DNA of 64,000 nt, taken from the NCBI RefSeq assembly GCF_006345805.1, contig NC_042997.1, positions 190,278,001-190,342,000 of the forward strand, given 5' to 3'. Below are positions 1 to 14,600 of this stretch, piece after piece; within the stretch, counting starts at the first letter, position 1; the number at the start of each line of letters is the position of its first letter. The stretch comes from Octopus sinensis (taxonomy: Eukaryota). Both the position numbers and the translations under genes were made by a program. The notes below the pieces were generated by a model that saw only the letters and a program-made list of their open reading frames with translations, ran no database searches and was not told the origin of the DNA.

Positions 1-302
1 CACAGCTTCACGAGGGAGGGAAGAAGGGGGAGACGCAAACAGGTGCAGGTGTGACCATGGACGCCAACTCCGCCGCCATCGACACACGAAAATTATGCAT
101 TAAAATGGAATAAAAAATGATGTAAATTATTTTTAAAATCGTGACTCATCTTAGACGCGCGCTAATACTCAGATGGGCTCGATATGAATCAGACTATAAG
201 ATACCCGAATTTGTTTAAACTGCACCGCAAAATGTGGGAGTAGTTAGGAATCTAAATCGAAGGGGACAGACACTCGCACAACTACAGTTTTATATATATA
301 GA
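1..302 (-). mobile_element. Non-autonomous Helitron, 5' part (runs off the window start)
   Basis: About 90-302 is the reverse complement of the first ~220 bp of the Helitron at 59407 (GATTTAGATTCCTAACTACTCCCACATTTTGCGGTGCAGTTTAA...). The minus strand begins A|TCTATATATATAAAA at 302. Confidence 0.75.
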
Positions 303-844
303 TGTATGTGCGTGGTTATGTGTGTGTGTTTGTGTGTGTATGAATACGGAGAGAGAGATACAGAAAGGAGAAGAGAGAGAGAGAAATGGAAAGGTAATGA
401 AGGAGAGGAAAAAGAGAAACAGAAGACAGATGAAGAGATGCTTGCTACTGAATTAGTTGACCACAATTATCCAAGCGCCGTTCATTTAGCTGTTGTGTTC
501 TTCACTTTTTCTTATATACTGTATTTCTTTCAGAAAAAAATATTTCACACTTAATTTCTGTGCCATATAGACAGAGGATACGGATAGGAAATCTTGAGAT
601 TCGTTGTGTCAAATAGCTTGTTGCAGAATTTAGAATTTAGGTCATCTTTGTACTTCCTGCTCTCTGATGTAGTCGTATGTGCATTTGCAGAGATTTATCT
701 AAGCATGCCTAAGATATGCTCAGAATTTTCCGCTTGCATCAGCTCGTGTACTGTGAAAAAATATATTTCAATTTTTTTCGCACTTTCATATCACCAAATT
801 TGCAGAGTTATCTCAGACGTGATTCTGTGTGCGTGCGTATAGGT

Positions 845-850
845 GTATGT

Positions 851-890
<40 letters not shown>

Positions 891-1696
891 ATGTGCATTG
901 GTCGTGTGTGTGTTCGCATCTGCTCATGTGTGTATGTGTATGCTTCTATATATATGTACAAATGTGACGGTGTGATGGCGCATGTGTGGCGATTTGCGCT
1001 GCAAACAGAATTCAAGATTAAATTAATCACAAAAAATGGCAAAAGAATAGGTATATATGTACAAACATATATATATATATATATGTGTGTGTGTATTGTG
1101 TGCGTGTGTGTGCGTGCATGCGTATCTATGTGTGTATGTATATACATATACACACATATGAATATGCCTATGTATAAGCAGACGTTTACATATTGCCATG
1201 CATATGGATTTATGTGTGTACTTGTATATAATACATGGTGTATATATGTGTGCGTGTGTATGTGTATGTATGTGTGTGTATGTGTGCGTGCGTGTGTATG
1301 TGTGAGTGTACACAAGTATGTATGTGTGTATATATGTATGTATGTATGCATGTATGTATGTATCTATGTATGTATGTAAGTATGTATGCATGTATGTATG
1401 CATGTATGTATGTATGCATGTATGTATATATGTATGTACGTATGTATGTATTATGTATGCATGTATGTATGTATGTATGTATGTATGTATGTATGCATGC
1501 ATGTATGTATGTATATATATATATGTATGTATGTATGCATGTATGTATATATGTATGTACTTATGTATGTATGTATGTATGTATGTATGTATGCATGTAT
1601 GTATGTATTTTGTATGTATGTATCTATGTATTTATGTATGTATGTATGTATCTATGTATGTATGAATGTATGTATGTATGTATGTATTCATGTATG

Positions 1697-1727
<31 letters not shown>

Positions 1728-1860
1728 GTATGAATGTATGTATCTATGTATGTATGTATGCATGTATGTATGTATGTATGCATATATGTATGTATGTATC
1801 TATGTATGTATGTATCTATGTAAGTATGTATGTATCTATGTATGTACGTATGTACACACA
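845..1860. repeat. Compound microsatellite (GT)n/(TATG)n
   Basis: Directly visible; accounts for the MYVC/HTYI ORFs. Confidence 0.95.
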
Positions 1861-2389
1861 TGCAATGCTCATAGAAAAATTTGTGCTGAAACAATAGCTT
1901 TTGTCGCTAATATTGCAAGCCGAGAATACCGTTCAATTACATGTCTCGGTGCCGGAAAGAAAGATTAAGATATTTTGTTATAAAGAAGCTGTTTCACATA
2001 ATTATTTCCTTTTTAGATTTAATGTTCTGTATCATATTGGTAAATATATTTCCAAAGAATGTTTTCACTTGTTATTATTTTATTGTTTCATATCACTTTT
2101 ACCTTATTTATTTATTTATTCATTTTTGTATTTTTCTATAAAGCCGACCACAATTAAACACATATTGAGTTGTAGAAAAGCCAGCACCTACACATGTACA
2201 TACACATAGACACAGACACATACGCACGCACGCACATAAACATATATACACACATATACATACACACAATATGTTTTATGAAATTACATTATGCAGAAGC
2301 TTACACGAACAAAAAGCATTACTTATGTATACATTGAGTAATATTAAATTTCATTATATACCAAAATTGCAGATTTGTGTAAATACATG

Positions 2390-2528
2390 CATGCATATAT
2401 GTATGTATACGCATATATATCTAAATATGTATATCTATATATATATCTATATATATATATAGATATACATATTGTATATGTACAAATATATATATATATG
2501 TATATATAGATATACATATTGTATATGT

Positions 2529-2567
<39 letters not shown>

Positions 2568-2950
2568 CATGTATGTATATGTATATATATGTCTCCGGCA
2601 TATGCATATATATATATATATGTGCATATATATAAGTATACATATATAAATATATGTATGTATAAATATATTTATATATATCTGTATATATATATATATA
2701 TATAGCGTTGTGTGGTGTGTGTATATATGCATGCATATATATGTATATATATATATGCATGCGTACATACATATATACGTATATACATTATATATACATA
2801 CATATATAGACATTATATACATATACATATATATATATATTATATATATACATATAAATAATAATATAGACATTATGTACATATATTATATTATATATAT
2901 TATATACATATATATATATACATTATATACATACATATATATATATAGAT

Positions 2951-2990
<40 letters not shown>

Positions 2991-3220
2991 TTATATATAT
3001 AATATATATATATTATATTCATATATATATATATAGACATTATATACATATATATATATATATAATTATATATATATATATATCTATATATATATATATA
3101 GACATTATATATATATACATATATATAGAGAAGAGAGAGTGAGAGAGAGAGACATTATATATATATATATATATATATAGTATATATATATATATATAAT
3201 ATATATATATATACACACAA
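2390..3220. repeat. Degenerate (TA)n field with recurring TAGACATTATA unit
   Basis: Directly visible; GACATTAT recurs several times between 2805 and 3160. Confidence 0.9.
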
Positions 3221-3451
3221 AAAAAAGAGTTACGTACCTATTGTAATATATATGCAGGCAAAGGTAATTGGAGATAATAAGGATTCAGAAATAAAAGAAA
3301 ATAAGAGTACACAAATTCATTTGTAAATAAAATCTGATTCCATATATGCTAATTCTTAAATGTTCGTAACTGCACGGCTAACTTACGTAATATATATAAA
3401 TATATTCATAGACAGATGAGCACATACATACAGACAGATATAGATCACATG

Positions 3452-3496
<45 letters not shown>

Positions 3497-3909
3497 CTGT
3501 AGAAATCGAATGCTCTATGACTCACGTGGGCGGACAGGGAGAATAATAGATCTCATTCGTATTTTTGGATTCGCTAGTACTGGGTGTCTGGCATGGTTTG
3601 TCCGATGTTACAGATATCGGACAGGTATGTTTGATTCTTAGTACTTTCAAATCTAAATCAGAAGAAATCTCTGAGCTGATGAAGGAAAAGTGGCGTTTTA
3701 CCCACAAATCCAGAAACAGACTGTCCTCGGGTATCGTATATGGATGTGATCTTTCATTTTTTTCCCTTATACCTATGTGAGTTATTTTTCTGAGTATGCA
3801 TTGTCTGGAGACTTTTATTTGCAGTGAAGAAATAGCCAAATTTTTGGCTGCTATTTCTGAAAAGTTCGGTGTGTGGTAAAGTGAATTCTTTTACTTTACC
3901 ATATTTTTA

Positions 3910-3953
<44 letters not shown>

Positions 3954-3985
3954 ATATATATGTTAATGCACATATATATGAATGT

Positions 3986-4040
<55 letters not shown>

Positions 4041-4065
4041 AATGCACATATATATGAATGTATAC

Positions 4066-4113
<48 letters not shown>

Positions 4114-4181
4114 CATTGTATATATATATGTATTATATGTATTTGGATGTGTGTACATATTATACATACACACACACACAC

Positions 4182-4217
<36 letters not shown>

Positions 4218-4224
4218 CATCGTG

Positions 4225-4519
4225 GTACTCCGTCGGTAACGACGACGAGGGTTCCAGTTTATTCGATCAACGGAACAACGTGCTCATGAAATTACCGTGG
4301 AAGTGTCTGAGCACTCCACAGACACGTGTACCCTTAACGTAGTTCTCAGGGAGATTCAGCGTGAGACAGAGTGACAAGGCTGGCACCTTTGAAATACAGG
4401 TACAACAGAAACAGGAAGAAAGAGTGAAAGAAAGTTGTGGTAAAATAATACGCAGGGTTCTCCACCAACCCCTGTCGAAGCGTTGTGGAGCTTTAGGTGT
4501 TTTCGGTCAATAAACACTC

Positions 4520-4525
<6 letters not shown>
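4225..4525 (-). mobile_element. SINE family C, 5'-truncated diverged copy
   Basis: Matches the body and tail of the copy at 39061-39443 (ACTCCGTCGGT.ACGACGACGAGG...GAGCACTCCACAGACACGTGTACCCTTAACGTAGTTCTC). Confidence 0.9.
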
Positions 4526-4571
<46 letters not shown>

Positions 4572-4761
4572 ATATAAGGGCGTAATATAGCATGAACAAA
4601 ATAAACTAGCCATATTTTGCAGGGAAAAAAATGTGTCGGCGGCCAGCCATGATTCTTATTATTCCCTTATCTGTATCTTCAATACATTTCAACCCTTTTG
4701 AAGCAAACATTTTTTATATTGTCTTCACCGTAAGTTGAATTATATATATATATATATATAT

Positions 4762-4795
<34 letters not shown>

Positions 4796-5964
4796 ATATA
4801 TACAGACACACATATATATATATATATACAAAGACATATATAGAAATACATACACACACACATTCACTCACGTACACACACATATATACATATACATATA
4901 TATATATATATATGCGTTTATATCTGTAAACATACATACATGTATATACACATATATGTATATGTGTGTGTGTGTCTGTTCCGTCAAAAGAAGATCCATT
5001 GCTATCATATGCGCCAGCAGAACTTTACTTATAATATTTATACACGTAGATACAGGCATGTGAGCTTTTTGGGACACAATCTTTCGTGCTTATGAGCTTG
5101 TATGCATAAGGGTTGTGGATTTACATATATATGTGTGCTTGAATGTGCGTTGAAGTATAGTTTATTATATGCGTGCGTTTGTTTCCATATTACTTTTGTT
5201 TAGAGAGATAACTGGATTCAGTTGGCAAATGAAATAAAGGGTGCATGAGACGTAATGTTAGAAACATTTAGAGCGAGTCCGATATTAGAGGAATGAGGAA
5301 CAACCAAATTTTAACTTCAGAAGTGAGAAACGTTAGCCAGTGAATAGATAAAGAATGCGAAATATACCGAGGAGAGGGAGGAAGAAGACACGAGAAAAAG
5401 GCAAAAATAGCATCTGATCTGCAAGTATTACGGGGAGAAATAGGAGCGTAACTTGGTATTGATTTAATATTGATTTTAACATTGATACATGAGTGTCAAA
5501 TTAGAACAATAGTGTAATCAATTACATCTGCCTAATTACTTGTCTTCATTTTATAGTCCCCTAGATAGAGGAAAACGCTCCAAGATAGAAGAAAATCATG
5601 GTTAACTTCTGCGTGATTTGAACTCGAAACATAAAGAGCGTAATAGAAAACTTCAAGGATTCTCTCAATCAACACTACTATGGTGTTCACAATGATACTC
5701 AACCACATTAAGATGTGCGCCGTTTTCCTGTAGATAATTGCACTGGGACAATTGATGGGAAGGTACAGAGACAAAATTCAGAGCCTACCTCGACAGAACG
5801 TTGTGGAGCTCAGTAAAAAATCCGGAGTCTTGCAAAAGGGAGATAAGAGTAAGGAGGGTACGAGAAGCGATGGTTTGTTGTACGGTGGTGGGGGATCGAT
5901 CCATTTTCATTGTGAACCCTATGAAATTTGCTTTTAAAGGGCAAACCTGTTTTGTTTTTATTTC

Positions 5965-6315
5965 TTTTATTAGTTTCAGTGATTAGACTGCGTTCATTCT
6001 GGTTGGGACACCAGATTGAACTTTTAATCGAATGAATCGGCCCCAGTATTTATACATGTATATATATATATATATATACTTTGATACTTTGATACTTTGA
6101 TAGGTTTCGGCCATTATTGGCCCAGGCCATGTCTAACTTAATAGCACCACCTGATATATACGGCTGGCTTCTTTCAGCTTCCGTCAGCCAAAACCCACTC
6201 AAAAGGATTTGGTCGGCCCGAGGCTATAGGAGGAGGAGACACTTGTCCAAGCAGTGGGACTGAACGCAGAACCATGTGGTTGGGAGTTAAGCTTCTTACC
6301 ATACACACACGCCCG
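5965..6315 (-). mobile_element. SINE family A, diverged
   Basis: Reverse complement of the family A head (GTGGGACTGAAC...ACCATGTGGTTGG) and tail (TTTCAGTGATTAGACTGCG). Confidence 0.75.
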
Positions 6316-7204
6316 TTTGGAGACTTCTTGCCAAATATCTACCACAACCGGCAGCAGAACTGTAGAATTCCCAGTTCTGTGAATTCAGAAGCAGGGACGC
6401 TGTTGAAATGGATCTAATGGCATTGATAAAAATAAAAACTAGAAAAACAACAGCAACCGGTCAAATATTGGTTTAATTTTAATCATTTGTAACAATAGAA
6501 AAAATGATGTAACCTTGAACTTCTGTTTAAAAATATAAACACTGATACCACTGCAATGTGACCGGCATGTAATCTGGCACAGGGGAAAAGGTAGCTGACG
6601 TCAGAGCATAAAATGAAAGAACTGATTACAAAGAAAATGAGCCCTATAAACTCTACATTAATATAGTCCTGTATAATTTCAATGGCGTTTTATGATTGAA
6701 GTTGTTGTTGTTTATTTTATTCCCCATGTACAAGTTACGTGTGTATTCACCATTATTTTATTTATTTTATTCACTTTTAGAAAAATTGAAGTACATCTGT
6801 CGAATACTGGACTTATTTTGTACGTAACTTTTGGCCCATCCTGTAAGACTATGCATGCGCAACATTTTGCGAGAAGCAGGGCGCATGAGAAATGGCGAAT
6901 CATTAGTTAGGCCGCACTACTGAAAAATTTCAAGGTAAATCACTTTTTACGCGTGCCATTCAGCAAGTTCTGAGAATCTTCGGACTGCAGTTTATCCATG
7001 AGTGATCTACAGAGCTTTTTTTTTTGGTTTTGCTATTGATTTCCAAACTAAATTTCAGGACACAATAAATCGGATGCATGTCTATGTGGGCTAACGAAGC
7101 GATAAACAAGTAACTGAAGCTAAATAGCTTGAGTAGAGCATGATGTATTAGTTGCGCGTATTGTGTCTGCATCATTCTTGACCCAATATTTACATTAATG
7201 CGTC

Positions 7205-7373
7205 GTATACGACATGCCTCTTACTGCTTCCGTCAACCAAATCCACTCACAAGGCTTCGGTGGGCCCGAGACTTTAGTAGAAGACACTTGGCCAAGGTGC
7301 CATGTAGCCGGACTGAACACAGAACCATGTGGTTGGGAAGCAAGCTTCATACCACGAAATCACTCCTACACCT
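7205..7373 (-). mobile_element. SINE family A, 5' half
   Basis: CCAAATCCACTCACAAGGC...AGTAGAAGACACTTGGCCAAGGTGCCA...ACCATGTGGTTGG. Confidence 0.85.
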
Positions 7374-7632
7374 ACATATATATATATATATATACCAAGT
7401 GAAGCTGTAAGGTACCGCACGAGTGGAAATATATATGAAAGAAGCTTTGAAAATGCAATTTTAAAAGATGTTTATTCACTTGACCGGTTTCAATATTTTA
7501 GAAAAATGTAAAAACTTTGTAAAAGCTTTATTGTGTTAAGTACTGGTTGTCACAAAATATTACAATACATATATACATTCTTTGATAATAATAAGAAAAT
7601 GTTAAAACCAGTTTACAAGGAAATATCTTGAG

Positions 7633-7686
<54 letters not shown>

Positions 7687-8047
7687 ATATATATATATAA
7701 ATGTATGCATATATAAGACCAAATTGCTAAGAGGCTTGTTTCGCGACCAGAATGTAACAAGTCGCATTCCACGGCGTGAGATCTTTGCAACTGTCATTTT
7801 CTACAGTAATGGTGGTCGTTAAGCACATGAGAGTAAAATTGGGTAAACGGAAACTGTACCGTATCCCGTCAGATTGGTTGTACTTGTAAGTAAAAAATGA
7901 TAGTACATTGTTGACGATTCTACCGGAGAGTTAGGTTAAAGGTACACACGCTAGTGGAATGCTCAGTAACATACGCGTTAAATCAATGAACAGCGAATTC
8001 ACAAGATCAAACAACTGAAACTTGATCGTCGAACAACGATGAAACTG

Positions 8048-8096
<49 letters not shown>

Positions 8097-8177
8097 GCCT
8101 GTGTGTATATGTAAACATGTGAGAGTTTGGGTTTATGTGTACATTTATGTATGTATATATATATGTATATATATATG

Positions 8178-8212
<35 letters not shown>

Positions 8213-8293
8213 ATACATATATGTATTTATACAAATATACATATGCATATATATAAGCATATATAGGTATATATTTGCGTATAACAATCATAA

Positions 8294-8335
<42 letters not shown>

Positions 8336-8463
8336 GTGTGTATATATACATAAATGTACATATGATTATACGTATCTATATAAATACACACATACATATA
8401 TACCTGTATGCGTGTGTGTATACACTCACATGTATGTGTGAGCGTATATATATATATATATAT

Positions 8464-8464
<1 letters not shown>

Positions 8465-8542
<78 letters not shown>

Positions 8543-8545
8543 CAC
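8465..8545. repeat. (GATA)n/(GACA)n microsatellite within a TA-rich field
   Basis: Directly visible. Confidence 0.95.
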
Positions 8546-9464
8546 ACACACATATAATATATATATATGTATACACACACACACACAAACATATGCATAT
8601 GCATGTAGATTTATATATACAAATGCACAAATGTGCATATACACACTCAGTCGTATGTATGTGCGGTTGCCTATGTTTCTATGTTTCTATGTATGTGTTT
8701 GTGTTGAGTATCGATCAAAGGAAAAGTATTTCCTATGGCGTCATCAATGCCTTGCAATGTCGGTGTTGAAAATGACAAAGACATGTTCTTTTCTACTAAG
8801 TACACCGATAACAACTGATGGAAAGCAGAAAGCAGAAGGATGCTTTTAAATAATTCTTATAAATAAAGCCTAAACTCTATACTGGATTCTTTGAAGTCAG
8901 CCACAAAAGTTAGTTTCACTGACGAAAACGACACAAATTTTCATTCATTCTTCCTCTGTGCTGTCCTTTTAATACATTCAGAAAAAAAATATACACTGAG
9001 AAATTATAGAAAATAGACTCAACGAAAGAAGTTTTTTAAGAGAGGGATAAAGTGACGGATATATTGAAATATAGATGTGAAGAAAAAAAAATGCGGAGGG
9101 AAATGAAAAGTATGTTTATGTGCGTATATATTTATATATGTATTTATGACAGGGATGAATGATAATTACACATAAAATTTTTTAGTAAACCATGTTTGTT
9201 AGAATTAGCCAGAGTTAAATATGCGTTTCAATAGAAAAGCGTGTACATTAGTTTATAAAATCAAATATTCTGCTGCTGAAGTGAAATATATACGTTCTTT
9301 TACTTTCTTCTTTTTTTTTTTTTATAATGCAAAGGGCGAGCTTCGTTCTGCTTTTAGTAAACGTCACGCTCCCCTGAAGAAGAACAAAAGCTACCAACTT
9401 TAAACATTCAAATTTTTTTGCGTATCACGCATCATCCATGTTTATTTGTGTGGTTGTGCGCGCG

Positions 9465-9730
9465 GAGGCGTGGGTGTGAAGACGCGTGGTTAGTGGTTCA
9501 CGATCGTATGGTCGTGATTTCAATTCCCGGTGGTGCATTGCACCCTTGAGCAAGACACTTTATTTTCACGCTGCTTCAATCTACTTAGCTGACAAAAATG
9601 AATAGCACCTGTATTTCAAAAGGTCAACCTTGTCACATGTATCATGTTGTGTCTACCGGAGAACTATGTTAAGGGCACATGTGTCTCAACCACTGACATG
9701 TTAATTTCACAAGCAGGTTGTTCCGTTGGT
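9465..9730 (+). mobile_element. Old tRNA-derived SINE with CORE-like centre and family C tail
   Basis: CCCTTGAGCAAGACACTTTATTTTCACG is shared with the 43893 element. The 3' part ACCTGTATTTCAAAAGGTCAACCTTGTCAC...GAGAACTATGTTAAGGG is shared with family C. Confidence 0.75.
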
Positions 9731-9736
9731 ATAAAT

Positions 9737-9777
<41 letters not shown>

Positions 9778-9779
<2 letters not shown>

Positions 9780-9920
9780 CGCAGGAGTGTGTGTGTGGTA
9801 AGTAGTTTGCTTACCAACCACATGGTTCCGGGTTCAGTCCCACTGCGTGGCACCTTGAGCAGGTATCTTCTACTATAGCCTCGGGCCCACCAAAGCCTTG
9901 TGAGTGGATTTGGCAGAGTG
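9778..9920 (+). mobile_element. SINE family A, 5' part
   Basis: GGCGCAGGAGTG...GTGGTAAGTAG...GGTTCCGGGTTCAGTCCC (Pol III A/B-box-like head). Confidence 0.9.
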
Positions 9921-10581
9921 GGAATGAAGTTCAATCACGTAATTTTATGAAAATTAATAGTCTTAGCATCTTAATCATATAATTAAGTGATTCGTATTCA
10001 CTTCTTAATCAAAAGACTATTGTGTCTCCTCGTGCTCTGTTTAGTCCATTCTAGCGAACCAACAGCGAAAGGAACGGGCTTGGACGGGGCAAGAAGACTC
10101 TTTTGGGAATTACTCCAGTCCGGTTTTTGTGTGGGCACACAGTAGGCGTAGCATAGGCAGTAAAGAAAATCAGGAAAAAGAGAAAAAAGAATAAGACGTA
10201 AAACAAACGTTACATCTGTGTTAAGGATTAGCCATATTTTCTTTCCATAGACAGCGTGTAGAAAGTTGATACATCACTTTGTTTTCTCGTAGGTCTAACA
10301 TTATTTATAGAAAACAATATTTTACAAGTTTCAGAAGTCATTATTTACATGAATAAATTTCATTATTTTTGAATGATTGTATCCATTCTCTTATGTAAAT
10401 AACAAGAATGCTTTAAATTTGAAGACAAGTAACTTTAAAGTACACCAATGCCATCCAGTAATTCTGATTTGTTCTTAATGCTGTTTCGTGTTGGGTAGGA
10501 TTTCAAACGTTGTAACAACGTCAATGTTTTTCTTTTTCTTATTATCTCGTTGTAAACATTCGCAGAATAAGTAACCTATAA

Positions 10582-11425
10582 ATGTCGCTTGCCTGGCTCA
10601 GTTAATTTTTGACACAAGAGCACCGACTCAAAGATAGGCAAATTGATATGAAATACCCACACATATAAACACACGTGTGCGTTCACTTAGTGAATATCGG
10701 ATCGCCTACTTTTAATATAACTTTTTGCTAAATTGCTGTACAACCTATAAATGAATACAAACGACTATGAATAGTGAAGCATAAGATACGGGCAATAATT
10801 CCAGATAGAATACAGCGGTTGCGAATTCTTGGCGAACTTAGCCCAATATTTACTTAAGAATCTCCTTTGGGAATGGTCCAGTTATGTAGATAACGATGTT
10901 TAAAACGACATGATGAGCTGAAACAGATATTCACTATTCTTTTTAGCTGAAGCATCATTCATACGTGAGAATACATTTGACTGATGTGGCAGAATGCCTA
11001 ATTTTGTCTTTGAAGTAAACAACGTTTGTTTCTTACAATGTTTACTATATTAGCCTTAGTGAGCTGTAAAAGAAAGTCGTTTATTTTTAATTCATTTATT
11101 TTCACACAGAGGAAATCTACATTTTACCTATGATTAATGAATAGCAGAGAATATCTTATCTACATTCTAACTTTCTTGTAATTTCAATCATTCAACTGTG
11201 ACCATATTAGTGCACAGCTTTCAGGGATTTTAGTTGAATGTATCTGTCTACGTCCGATTTATGTCGCTTGCTTGGTTCAGTTAATTTTTGACACAAGACC
11301 ACCGGCTAAAAGATAAGCGGATTGATATCAAACGCTCACACATATAAACATATATGTGTGCGTTGAATTTGTTAATATTGGATCGCTTGTTTTTAATATA
11401 AATTTTTGATAAATTACCGTACAAC
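10582..11425 (+). repeat. Pair of ~163-bp diverged direct repeats (10582-10744 and 11261-11425)
   Basis: Both copies read ATGTCGCTTGC.TGG.TCAGTTAATTTTTGACACAAGA...GGATCGC...TAAATT..(T/C)GTACAAC. Confidence 0.85.
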
Positions 11426-12276
11426 AGAAACAGTAAAAATAACGGGGTAACAACTGAGAGGTATAAGTAGTTACTTTGGGAGAGGACAAAAATGATAGCA
11501 TGTTTGAACATGCTTAAAAACATATTTAAAAACAACTATACAGGTAACAGAAATCATCATCTTGTTATGAACTCACAGTTCCAAGTCCTCGAATGTTTCA
11601 GCCATATCCTGCTCCAGTTCAAGCAAAGGAAAATTAACAACACCTGGACTAAGGCATAGCCACGACAAAATCTATGGCTCCTGCACTGTGCGACAACACT
11701 TACAAGAACATCATCCGAACAGCCTTTTTTTCTACTTAATGTCAATTTTTGAAAACCGTAAAAGACAGGTTATTTACAAATATAGGAAGTCATTTTAATA
11801 ACCAGGGCCTAAAACAAAACTACAGTTTCACACGGTATCAAGTATATAACCTAAGACACGCGCACCAAGAAACCTGAAGCCACATGCTCATGCAAAAACA
11901 ACAATGCGTGCTCACTAAATACTGCAAATGGAGAAATACCGAGTGATGTAGAGTCCGAGAGGACGGGAACAAAGCGTGCAATATTTGCACAGCAGAGCAA
12001 AGAACAATTCTGAAACCCTATACAATCAGGTCTCTATTAAAATAGCTAATTTGATAAAATCGGTAAACGCAGAAATGTTGAGAAGCATTGTACAGATGAT
12101 TCGAATATTTTACATTCTTTATGAAAACTTACTAAACATTAATCTGCAATAAATAATCATACAATGAACGTTAAATTCCAACTAAAAGCTAAGGTAAGTA
12201 CATTTACTGAACGAGTAAAAGAGGGGCTTGCAAATCTCAATATCAACCCGTCACGAGTATCAGGATATGTAAGAAA

Positions 12277-12500
12277 GGCCGCGAGCTGGCAGAAACGTCG
12301 GGCAAAATGCTTAGCGGTATTTCGTCTGTCGTTACGTTCTGAGTTCAAATTCCGCCGAGGTCGACTTTTCCTTTCATCCTTTCGGGGTCGATTTTTGAAG
12401 TACCAGTTACGCACTGGGGTCGATATAATCGAGTTAATCCGTTTGTCTGTCCTTGTTTGTCCTCTCTGTGTTTAGCCCCTTTGTGGGTAGTAAAGAAATA
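12277..12500 (+). mobile_element. SINE family B, monomer
   Basis: GCGAGCTGGCAGAA head, B-box GAGTTCAAATTCC, central GTCGACTTT.CCTTTCATCCTTTCGGGGTCG (resembles the Meta/MESC SINE domain, from memory), tail ...GTAGTAAAGAAATA. Confidence 0.9.
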
Positions 12501-14400
12501 AGTATTACATTCTCTAAAATGTATTTAGTCCATTGTGTATTGTCATTATATGGTTGTTGAAAGCAGTCAACATTTTGAGGTAATAATGCGGTTAGAGATA
12601 ATGAATGCTTAAAATTTCATTTACGAGTAACTGTGAGTATAAACCTGCTATGATACGCAAATCCACTGCATTATCCTAACAATTATATCTCCTGTAGGTT
12701 ATCTAACACTTACCACCGCAAAATATCAGAAAAAATATATTTATAACAACTTTATGATAAAATTCACCCAAGAGATTGTTGATAAATAACATATCATTTT
12801 AAGCCCGAAAGCGGCTTAGTATCTTTTTACTGATGGTAAATATTACATCAAATTTGTCATAGTTATACTTTCATATGCTTATTAACATTAATTGTACAAC
12901 TGTTGGAAGAAATTGTGCGGAGTATACTCAAAGAATATATAATTTAAATACAAGATGGAAAGATTAAAAATCGGAAATGTGAAAGGAGAAAATGTGTTTG
13001 ATTAAAAAAAATCGAGTGATCGCATATTAACTTTATAACATCTGAATTCTCTTTTTAAAATTTTCAAATAATATATTGAAATTATTATATATTCTTTTAG
13101 TATGCTTTTTCCTTGAATAAGTATTTTCCAATTTTTCCTGCATGTATATTTTCTTATAAATGTAACGGAGAGAGGTAAAAAGTGTTTAACTCAACGAAAT
13201 AAAGTAAGATATACAACTCGCAATTAAAGAAATATTTTAAATTTGTTTGCATTCCTGGGTCTTATATTTTTTATTCATCTATACTTTAAAAGCTATAACG
13301 TGGAGAGTAGACGGATCGCCAGATCTTTCATACAAACTGTGACAATTCTGTTTCACTTTCATTAGATCTTTGTTATACACAATCGTTTGCGGTCCTGCTT
13401 GACTATAGTTTCCTAAATACAAGCTATATTTAGATATTTTCCATCTATGTAAGGGACTGAACATTCATAAACTAATTGAATGTCTTGCAAACAACCTTCA
13501 CATGCAAGTGCTACCGGTGAAGAACTCCGCATATCGGAAGCCAGCAAGTGTATGGTGTCATCAGGAGAGAATGCGCGCCGTTTCGGGGCCTACCTCTCGA
13601 CGGCATCAATGCGCACCGGCCCCCTTCACTGATATGAGGTCCCACTTGCTAGATCAACTGGTTATGAAATAAAGCTCAATATTCTTCTAGCCATCGCTCA
13701 TCGTCTCTTTGTAACCAAATCTAGTGGCCAGTCTTCTCCACTGTAGTTTGGATATCGGTCATGGTGGTATTGACTTTACGATGAGTTAGGCCTAACAAGA
13801 GTTTTTAAATCCTTCTGAGGTACATTGCTCCTATCAATGTTAGTGTATGCATATGATCTGTGTTACCGAGTGTATTTTTACTGCGATAATACATGTTGAC
13901 TTTAAGCTTATCATTGGCGTTAATTACATATTCCGTTTCCTTATTTTATCTTATATCTATTCATAAGAATCCTTCATCTAATTTAGAGTGACTTTGTGGA
14001 TGATCTTGTAACACAATTTAAGCAGCATAACTGTAGAATCATAGAAATTTTGGGGTAATGTGTAGTTATTCTATTTGATCTGCACTAGCAGGGCAGGGCA
14101 ACCGTGTCATATCTATAGTTAATCTAATTCTTAAATGAGGAAAGTAGCATATAAGCTGAGACAACATTGCGAGAATGATAATAACCTCAGTATCATGGCA
14201 TATAATTTTTTTGATAGACAAGCAAGAAATAGCAGCTGAATCTCTTTGAAGTCACAGTCCACTGTTTCAGAGAAAATAAAAAATAAAGCAATTGCATTAT
14301 TGATGCAGATTCATTACATCTGCAAAATGAAAATATGAAGGATTGTCGAGGACGGAAGATTTTTTGTTCATATATATATATGAATATATATATATATATA

Positions 14401-14433
<33 letters not shown>

Positions 14434-14553
14434 TATATTCATATTCATATATATATATATCCATATATATATATATATTCATATATATATATATTCATAT
14501 ATTATATTCATATATATATATTCATATATTATATTCATATATATATATAATAT

Positions 14554-14600
<47 letters not shown>

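Noticed and set aside
791-3036. Long ORFs of MYVC/HTYI/YI repeats (also near 22800, 45000 and 46000)
   Set aside because: Translations of stop-free microsatellites; no coding evidence.
3492-3514. miR-10-like sequence TACCTCTGTAGAAATCGAATG
   Set aside because: The seed is disrupted and no precursor hairpin is visible.
11557-12000. Possible coding remnant on the minus strand
   Set aside because: No motif I can recognise; left unclassified.
13481-13716. Possible solo LTR or degenerate hammerhead (GC-rich island with AATAAA)
   Set aside because: No matching TSD, no second copy in the window, and an incomplete ribozyme core.
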